A stretch of 32,496 nt of DNA from a candidate division WWE3 bacterium GW2011_GWC2_44_9. Its GTDB lineage: Bacteria; Patescibacteriota; WWE3; UBA101185; UBA10185. The notes under the pieces were generated by a model. The model saw only the letters and a program-made list of their open reading frames with translations. It was not told the origin of the DNA and made no database searches. Of the stretch, positions 26,251 to 32,496 are shown piece by piece. A program made the position numbers and the translations under genes. Location of the stretch: assembly GCA_000994815.1 (NCBI GenBank), contig LCJU01000005.1, positions 1 to 32,496 of the forward strand, given 5' to 3'. Every line of letters starts with the position of its first letter. Within the stretch, counting starts at the first letter, position 1.

Positions 26251-27279
26251 TTAAATAAAGTCCCTTAGTGCAAGTCCTATTGCAACCGAAAAAAGCGGGC
26301 CGTTTGCAATCAAAAAGTCTTTTTGATTTTCTAGCTTTGGTGACAGGATTAAACCCTCAAAAGGGTTGGCCAATTCAACTTCTGTGTCCAACATTTCTGC
26401 GCTGTAAGCCAAAAGCCCGGGCATAACCGAAGAACCGCCGGTGTATACCACACGCTTGAAAACACATAGGTTGTTGCGAGTAAAGTAAAAATTCATAGTC
26501 CGCTTGATTTCATTTATTAGCGACTCCAGAACCGGCAGGATCGCTTTTCTTACCTTATCGTCTAAAACGCCGGCCTCCACCCCGTAGCTCTTTTTATATG
26601 CTTCGGCCTGTTCGTATGAAAGAGCAAGAGCAGAAGAAATCGCTTTAGTCATAGCGATGCCGCCCAAGGCCACATTTCTGGAGAAACTTACATAACCGTT
26701 TTTGATCACCATTGTATCGGTATCGTTTGCCCCGATATTAGCGATCAGGTCAACCTCATTAGCAGCTTGAGTCCGATTGCGCATCAGCGCCCGAACAACA
26801 GCATGAGACTCGGGCTCAACCGCTAGTACCCTAAGACCGGCAGATCTGGCCTTAATAAACATACTTTCCGAAAAATTCCTATCGCAAGCTACAATGCTAA
26901 TTTCGTTTTCGCTTTTATTTTGTTCGCCGGGCCCAACTATTTGAAAGCTGTAAACTATCTCGGACACCGGTTTAGGAAAGACCTTGCCGCCCTGAATATC
27001 CAAGTAATTGCGAATTTCCTTAGGGTCTCTAAACGGCAAACTAACAGAGGTGGAAAAAACTTTTGTCTCCGGCAAAGACAGAAGCACATCCCGCGTGGCA
27101 AAGCCGGAGTCCCTAATGAAGTGCTTAAAACCCTCTTCTGCCTCTTTGGTGTTTTCTTTTACACACTCCGAACATACAAAAGCTTTCTCCAATGTGAGGT
27201 TCTTGCTTTTGCTCTTGCTGAAAACTTCAACGGCTCTATACGAGGTATTACCCAAGTCTAGTCCAATAATGGAGGGCAT
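26251..27279 (-). CDS. pilM: Type IV pilus assembly protein PilM (actin-like fold)
   Basis: IIGLDLG, AVEPESHA..RA, NIGA..T, GG..MTKAI...L.LS..QAE.YK..YG, TGGSS..PGL and AIGLALR motifs. Confidence 0.93.
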   Translation of the reverse strand: MPSIIGLDLGNTSYRAVEVFSKSKSKNLTLEKAFVCSECVKENTKEAEEGFKHFIRDSGFATRDVLLSLPETKVFSTSVSLPFRDPKEIRNYLDIQGGKVFPKPVSEIVYSFQIVGPGEQNKSENEISIVACDRNFSESMFIKARSAGLRVLAVEPESHAVVRALMRNRTQAANEVDLIANIGANDTDTMVIKNGYVSFSRNVALGGIAMTKAISSALALSYEQAEAYKKSYGVEAGVLDDKVRKAILPVLESLINEIKRTMNFYFTRNNLCVFKRVVYTGGSSVMPGLLAYSAEMLDTEVELANPFEGLILSPKLENQKDFLIANGPLFSVAIGLALRDFI

Positions 27280-27291
27280 AGAGAAATTGTA

Positions 27292-27837
27292 CTAATAACT
27301 TCCCCGCAAAACAATACTGGTGTCCAGAGTTGCCCTAGACTCAAAGAGCTTGGTGCCGGCGGTGAGGGGTTTAAGAAAAGTTATCTTAATACTTACCGCC
27401 CGTGGAACTGCAGAAGCATCCTTAATAATGGCGAAACCAGAATTGACAAGATCGAGATCAACTGCCGAAGTAGTTGCGTTACCTGTGGCCAAATCTATCG
27501 TGTCATCGGTTAGTTTAACCTCGCCAACACCTGTATTAACTGTTAAGCAGTTTAGCGCTCCGTTACAAGTTTGTTTGAGAGTATACGTAACAACGCCGGT
27601 GTTCTGCTGGAGGGTCAAAACTCTACCCGTAGCGTCAACAGCAGCGGAGTATGACTTTTTAACGTCGTTCTCAACTTTTAGTAAAATAAAGTTTGAGGCG
27701 TGGTCTATGTCAATATTTGCCTGCAGTTTAGCTGAACTTCTAACCAGATTAACAACCATTGTTGAACTCACTACCGCTACCAAAGCCAGCAGGCCAACAG
27801 CTATTAGCACCTCAATTAAAGTAAAGCCTTTTTTCAT
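27292..27837 (-). CDS. Minor pilin, PilW/GspJ-like
   Basis: MKKG|FTLIEVLIA class III signal. ATGA overlap with the upstream gene. Confidence 0.85.
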   Translation of the reverse strand: MKKGFTLIEVLIAVGLLALVAVVSSTMVVNLVRSSAKLQANIDIDHASNFILLKVENDVKKSYSAAVDATGRVLTLQQNTGVVTYTLKQTCNGALNCLTVNTGVGEVKLTDDTIDLATGNATTSAVDLDLVNSGFAIIKDASAVPRAVSIKITFLKPLTAGTKLFESRATLDTSIVLRGSY

Positions 27838-28370
27838 CTGTCCCTCCAGTCCGAAAGAATAGTTTGAACAATGTAACTGCGCGGCCTGTCCCCGATTTTC
27901 CACCAGGTACGCTGGGTAATGAGCGCGGTTGTATCTGTAGCTGTTAAGTTGCCGCCAGTTAGGTTAGTGGCGCCAAATGAGTAGTTCACCTTGTAGTTAG
28001 TAAAAGTTTCCGCCTCGGCGGGACCGGTTTGAACAGCAAAAGTCCCACCGGCCAAAACCTGAATGTGGCAGCCATCCGTTTCACTGGCAGCCGAGTCCGC
28101 ACACCCGTCAACTGCCTGCACAAAAGTGGCCCACTCGGCCTGTGCGTCCCTTAACAGTTTTAGTCTTTCCAGCTCGGCTTGGGCAGTTTTGCCCGCCTCT
28201 GCATTCACTCTGGCGGCAACGCTTGATTTGAGCGAAAACAGGCCCAAAGCCACCAAGCCCACCACAAGCAGCATAGAAATACCAAGCGTGAGTAAAACCT
28301 CAACCAGCGCAAAACCCTTTGACTTGTTAATTAGAACACGGGTTGACACCAAAGCTTCCTTTCGAGACAT
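27834..28370 (-). CDS. Minor pilin, PilV/GspI-like
   Basis: KG|FALVEVLL, A...AQAELERLK..RD and a C-terminal W......Y.VQTILSDW. Start uncertain (28370 or GTG 28349). Confidence 0.82.
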   Translation of the reverse strand: MSRKEALVSTRVLINKSKGFALVEVLLTLGISMLLVVGLVALGLFSLKSSVAARVNAEAGKTAQAELERLKLLRDAQAEWATFVQAVDGCADSAASETDGCHIQVLAGGTFAVQTGPAEAETFTNYKVNYSFGATNLTGGNLTATDTTALITQRTWWKIGDRPRSYIVQTILSDWRDR

Positions 28371-28821
28371 ACGTGTTCCCGGTTGTATATTCAAAAAAGA
28401 TGCAGGTAGGTGTTTCGGTAGAGTCCATTTTGGCAACCATGGAATAGGGGAGAGCGGAAACAGAATCTTGAACAGTTTTGGCGGCGTCCAACGTGCCACA
28501 AACCGAGTCAGACAGATCGCTTGACCTAAAAGAAATATACTCGCCGGAGTCCTTAACAAACCGCACACCGGCATACTTGTATTTTTGGTCTGCTCCCACT
28601 CCCGGACTTCCCACCTCGGCTTGCGCCTTATTTTGGGCAGTCCGCAAAGAGTCTTTGGCAGCGTTGTAGGCTTCTTGCAAATTTAGCTCCTTGCTTCGGT
28701 TAGAAAAGGACGAAAGTGAGGCCGACATTACTATGCTTATAATGCTCATAGCAATTATAACTTCAAGTAGAGTGAAGCCTTTGTTAAAGGTAAAGCCTTT
28801 GGTAGACATTTTAGTCATCAT
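28327..28821 (-). CDS. Minor pilin, FimT/GspH-like
   Basis: KGFTFNKG|FTLLEVII, L.EA......SLRTAQNKA, GVRF and IFF...TG motifs. Confidence 0.85.
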   Translation of the reverse strand: MMTKMSTKGFTFNKGFTLLEVIIAMSIISIVMSASLSSFSNRSKELNLQEAYNAAKDSLRTAQNKAQAEVGSPGVGADQKYKYAGVRFVKDSGEYISFRSSDLSDSVCGTLDAAKTVQDSVSALPYSMVAKMDSTETPTCIFFEYTTGNTYVSKGSFGVNPCSN

Positions 28822-28822
28822 A

Positions 28823-29320
28823 TCATTCGGCAGACACAAAATATTTTATACCACTAGCGGGAAAGCCGCAGTCGCACCAACCGGCGATTGGACACAAAAC
28901 GCTAGCGGACGACGCAAGCTCCATGTTAGTAGCAAGAACGTATGCGGCGCCATTTGATCTGTAGCCATAGCCGCGCCACTCATTACTGCTGCAAACCGCT
29001 CCCGTAGCTTTAGGATCCGTTGGCAGTGCATTTATGTAGTCAGGCGAAAGCCCGGTTAAACTGGCAATGGCTACCCAGTTAGACGTTGTAGGATAGCTAC
29101 GATGGTCGGAAAAGTACAACTCAAGAGCGGTTCGCATCTTTGCTATGTCGGCAATTCTCTGGGAATCCCTGGTTTTTTGCTGGATGCCGCGGGCATTTAT
29201 AACGGCAAGCAGCACTCCGGTCATAATGCCCATTAACGAGATAGCAATAAGCAACTCAAGCAAAGTGAAGCCTTTATTAAAAGCAAAGCCTTTCTTGGCT
29301 AGGCAAGTTTTAGCAGCCAT
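28823..29320 (-). CDS. Type IV pilin / GspG-like protein
   Basis: KGFAFNKG|FTLLELLI, RDSQRIADI....TALELYFSD...YP and YINALPTDP motifs. Confidence 0.9.
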   Translation of the reverse strand: MAAKTCLAKKGFAFNKGFTLLELLIAISLMGIMTGVLLAVINARGIQQKTRDSQRIADIAKMRTALELYFSDHRSYPTTSNWVAIASLTGLSPDYINALPTDPKATGAVCSSNEWRGYGYRSNGAAYVLATNMELASSASVLCPIAGWCDCGFPASGIKYFVSAE

Positions 29321-29810
29321 CGGTACCTCCCGTGCAATTTGCCCCCGAGCACTCTCTTATTTTGCCCCAAGTTGACCGATATTTAAAACACTGGCTTGAG
29401 CTGGACGCTTTTGGCACATACGTGCCAAAAGCTGATTGGTCGGAGCTTACCGCATAGTAGTAGAAAACCCCGGCTTTAGGCTCGTTGTTGGGGTGTTTGG
29501 CAATAAATACCTGAACGTCAGCGCTATCCGGCTTGCCGTCGTTATTAAGGTCACCCATTTCGGCCGCAAGCGGGTACTTACCGTAAACGCTTGCATAGGA
29601 TTCAACACCCGTAGCCAGCTTTTCCAAATTTGACTGCCGAATGGTATCTTCCGCCTTGTCCCGCTGAACCTTTGGATTTATTATGGCAATCAATACACCT
29701 GATAAAATAAGTACCACGCTTATTACCACAAGCAGCTCAACCAATGTAAAGCCCGCTGGGCTTTCAACCAATGTAAAACCGTTTGGGTTATTAGCTCTCA
29801 ATCTATGCAT
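29310..29810 (-). CDS. Type IV pilin-like protein
   Basis: GFTLVESPAG|FTLVELLVV, IINP..Q..KAED..R.SNL and YP motifs; Cys-rich C-terminus. Confidence 0.88.
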   Translation of the reverse strand: MHRLRANNPNGFTLVESPAGFTLVELLVVISVVLILSGVLIAIINPKVQRDKAEDTIRQSNLEKLATGVESYASVYGKYPLAAEMGDLNNDGKPDSADVQVFIAKHPNNEPKAGVFYYYAVSSDQSAFGTYVPKASSSSQCFKYRSTWGKIRECSGANCTGGTDGC

Positions 29811-30229
29811 GACGAAGCTCCTCCTTCTACCATATTAGCAGACTGACCGGTATCAAAGTTAAAACTGCAATTATAGTAGCATGTACCGCCACCAAATGAA
29901 TCCGGCAGTGATGCACCAAGCTGGATAGTATTTACAGATCTGGAAATGGAATACAATGCACCATCGGGTGTTGAAAGTGAGTTGAGACCAAGATCAGCAA
30001 AAGAATCACAGCTGGGATAGGTGGGGTATGAGGCCCCACAGGCATTTAGTGCCAAGCACATTTTGGAAAAGTTTGCCCGCAGAACCGCTTCGGAAGCTTT
30101 ACGCCTCTGTTGAACGGGGTTAATAAGCACAAAAAGTGCTCCAGCTAAAATAGTAACTATAGAAATAACCACAAGCAGCTCAACAAGCGAGAATCCTCTA
30201 GTTAAAGGTTTGGCAGTATACATAATCAT
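29798..30229 (-). CDS. Type IV pilin-like protein
   Basis: RG|FSLVELLVVISI and INPVQQRRKA; six Cys in the globular domain. Confidence 0.88.
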   Translation of the reverse strand: MIMYTAKPLTRGFSLVELLVVISIVTILAGALFVLINPVQQRRKASEAVLRANFSKMCLALNACGASYPTYPSCDSFADLGLNSLSTPDGALYSISRSVNTIQLGASLPDSFGGGTCYYNCSFNFDTGQSANMVEGGASSCID

Positions 30230-30292
30230 ACTCTTTTAGTTTCACTCAATTAGCTCGATTTGTCAAAAATACTTTTGTCAAAAAAACCTTGT

Positions 30293-31189
30293 CTAATTGT
30301 CGGCGGAAACGCTGCCTGTTTTGGAGACAGCAGCAAAGTTGAACCACGGCCCAAGCTGGGGGGCCAAGTTTTTTTCTACAACTACTTTTTTTCTGGCGGA
30401 AATGCTGCCTGTTAAACCTGACGAATCCGGGGCGGTAACTTCACCCACGGATGTGATCTTAAAGCCCTGTCTCGGCAGAGCCGATGTAGAAATAATGCTA
30501 AAAGCTGAACCGTTTACAAGGGTTGTTAAACTAATCGACCGAGGTTCCCCGTCTAGTGATAAGTCAAAGCAAGGCCTGCCGCCCACAGAGGCAGGCACTT
30601 CTGTTGCGCCCGCCGAATGATACACAACCGGTTTTGTACACCAAGTATTAAGGGGCTGATCGCACTCATACAACGCCCGAGCTGCCTTATAGTCACTGCC
30701 GTCCTTGTAGTAGTAAACGGCGGAGACGCTGGCAAAAGCTTGGCCGCCGGAAGCTCCCACACCCTGCCAGCACACCTGCAGTTCGGAGTCGGTTAAGCCT
30801 TCCAGATTGACATTCATAGCCGAGTTGGCGCCAATAGTAAAGTCATACGCTACGGTGTCTGGGTAGGACTCAACACCAATTACCGCCTTGGCTTCGGCAA
30901 GAGTTAGAACACAGTCGCTTGGCAAGGGGGAGGCAAAACCTTCCTGCGTGTATAACGCCGCCGGCTGGCAAGTTGCGGCAAGTGACGCTAATTCGGTGGT
31001 GTCTTTGGTAAGAAAAAGCTCGGCACCAGCTTCAGCCGCTGACTGGGCTTTAAAATACGAGTTGGATACAAAGGTTCTTCTTATAGTTGTAACTACGCGC
31101 TGGGAAACCCCCACTAATACCACCAAACCCAAACTCAAGGCAAAGATAACTATTAATAAGGCCTGGCCGGATTTGGTCAATTTAGTCAT
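30293..31189 (-). CDS. PilX/GspK-like minor pilin
   Basis: MTKLTKSG|QALLIV (no Glu5), KA.SAAEAGAE and a C-terminal LP.QGFKITSVG. Confidence 0.85.
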   Translation of the reverse strand: MTKLTKSGQALLIVIFALSLGLVVLVGVSQRVVTTIRRTFVSNSYFKAQSAAEAGAELFLTKDTTELASLAATCQPAALYTQEGFASPLPSDCVLTLAEAKAVIGVESYPDTVAYDFTIGANSAMNVNLEGLTDSELQVCWQGVGASGGQAFASVSAVYYYKDGSDYKAARALYECDQPLNTWCTKPVVYHSAGATEVPASVGGRPCFDLSLDGEPRSISLTTLVNGSAFSIISTSALPRQGFKITSVGEVTAPDSSGLTGSISARKKVVVEKNLAPQLGPWFNFAAVSKTGSVSADN

Positions 31190-32183
31190 ATGTCCATCTT
31201 GCCTGAATCGAGCTAACCGAAGGCAGCACACCGTCTAAAGCCGAAAGATAATATGCATATATCGGATTGAATACCAGCAGTACCGGCGGGTAATCAATAT
31301 CAAGCTCGCGGGCAAACACTATGGGGCCTTTGGCGGCAATAGGGCCTTCTAGCTTGATGGGTTTGTCGGTAGCGGCACCGCCTGTTGAGGCCACTCTAAT
31401 ATCCCAGCTTGCGGAGTCAGCCACGCTAATAATACCAGCTTGGATATTTTCGGCAGTTGTAAAGTAAGTGCCAAGAGCGCTTCGCTCTATGCCAAGAGTG
31501 TTTAAAATGTCGACCCGGGTATTCGTAATAATCATTAGTCTCTGGTCCGGGCCTGACGCAATAACATTATTAGCTATTTCCAACGTGTCTGTTGGACTGG
31601 CGCCATCAACAATTAAAACTGTTACACCATCAGACTTGAGCGAGTACCTGTTTGGACCGGTTAATGCGGAAAGGGCATCATCAAGACAGGCAAGTCTTAG
31701 TTTATATACGACGGGGTCGAGTTTGTTTGAAATTAACATGGAATTACAACTGCCGGAAGGCAGTTCCAAAGCAGACGCCAAAATCTGCTGGTAGTTAACC
31801 AACGGCTCGATAAAGCCGCCAAAACCCCGGGCGTACGCGTCTTCTGTTTCGGAAGTTCCGCCGCCGGAAGCGTTCTCTTTTCTAATGTCAATATCACCCG
31901 AAGCAAGTATGCCGCCAAAAGAGTAATCGGGCAAATCCGGAGTTCGTGAGCCCTCGGAGCCAAAAAACGGCTGAACCAAAATGCTCATAAAGTTACCGGC
32001 GGCGGAAAAGTAGGGCTGGGTGGAAACTACCCCGGTACCGGCAGAGCCGGAAAGAACCCCAGCTTTGTAGGTGGCAAACCACGGCACGGCGGCAAAGGAG
32101 CTAGAAGAGAAAAGTGCAGAAAAAAGAATTAGGCTAGCTATAACTTTAGAAGCTAATATACCTCGTAAAAATCGCATCGCCAT
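31182..32183 (-). CDS. Secreted protein of unknown function in pilus locus
   Basis: Sec-type signal peptide (...SSSSFA|AVPWF) and a beta-rich mature region; overlaps both pilD and the pilX-like gene. Confidence 0.7.
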   Translation of the reverse strand: MAMRFLRGILASKVIASLILFSALFSSSSFAAVPWFATYKAGVLSGSAGTGVVSTQPYFSAAGNFMSILVQPFFGSEGSRTPDLPDYSFGGILASGDIDIRKENASGGGTSETEDAYARGFGGFIEPLVNYQQILASALELPSGSCNSMLISNKLDPVVYKLRLACLDDALSALTGPNRYSLKSDGVTVLIVDGASPTDTLEIANNVIASGPDQRLMIITNTRVDILNTLGIERSALGTYFTTAENIQAGIISVADSASWDIRVASTGGAATDKPIKLEGPIAAKGPIVFARELDIDYPPVLLVFNPIYAYYLSALDGVLPSVSSIQARWTYD

Positions 32184-32496
32184 ATACTAAAGATAGCACA
32201 CTCCCAAGTATCAAAAAAGGCCCAAAGGGGATAACGTCTTTAATTGACTTTTTCTGAAGCAGCATTAATAAGATGCTAAAGATCGACCCTATAACAAAAG
32301 CAAGAAACACGGCTATAATGCCGTTGGGAAAACCGTTGAACAAACCAATAAGTAGGCCCAACTTCACATCCCCGCCGCCCATGCCGCGCTCTTTTGTTGC
32401 TACTACCAACGCATAGAAAAAGGCGCAGATACCAATACCTGTTGCAATATTTGCACCAAAATGCTTGGCTTCGGAAGTAAGCTCGCGGGTGAGCCT
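32146..32496 (-). CDS. pilD: Prepilin peptidase, C-terminal part (5' end outside window)
   Basis: GMGGGDVKL and IPFGPFL motifs; the frame is open to the window edge. Confidence 0.93.
   Translation of the reverse strand, partial: RLTRELTSEAKHFGANIATGIGICAFFYALVVATKERGMGGGDVKLGLLIGLFNGFPNGIIAVFLAFVIGSIFSILLMLLQKKSIKDVIPFGPFLILGSVLSLVYGDAIFTRYISF

Noticed and set aside
28371-28574. N-terminal extension of the PilV-like ORF, and similar extensions for 27903, 31231, 22169 and 17075
   Set aside because: They overlap upstream genes or promoters. Downstream starts fit the class III signals or translational coupling better.
27320-28957. Long plus-strand ORFs antisense to pilin genes, and similar shadow ORFs across the window
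   Set aside because: They lie wholly opposite or inside well-supported genes and show no recognisable motifs.
1-32496. CRISPR array, DGR, prophage, rRNA or tRNA genes
   Set aside because: I saw no regularly spaced repeats, reverse transcriptase, phage genes or RNA gene signatures, and almost no intergenic space remains.

Overview
This is a gene-dense bacterial chromosome segment read in the standard code. TGA is used as a stop in many genes. Its content suggests a Patescibacteria/CPR organism, possibly WWE3/Microgenomates-like; this placement is inference. In order, the window holds: (1) a giant repetitive surface protein gene broken by one in-frame TGA, followed by a His-less pseudo-histidine-kinase membrane protein and a convergent single-domain receiver; (2) truB and thrS-infC-rpmI-rplT-pheS-pheT; (3) a RAYT-like HUH/Y1 transposase bounded by 20-bp inverted repeats that supply the last three codons and the stop of both flanking genes; (4) a class A PBP, tyrS, an EamA transporter and an unannotated 39-aa membrane peptide; (5) a streamlined recG-rsmD-rpmF-nusB-acp-rnc-rpsP-khpA-trmD cluster, with an ACP lacking its phosphopantetheine serine and a 100-bp hairpin-rich insertion; (6) a type IV pilus locus (pilD, pilX-like, six pilin-like genes, pilMNO), three of whose pilins have duplicated cleavage motifs. 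Many sigma70 -10 boxes sit 6-10 nt from start codons, suggesting leaderless mRNAs. All calls come from reading motifs by eye; no database searches were run.
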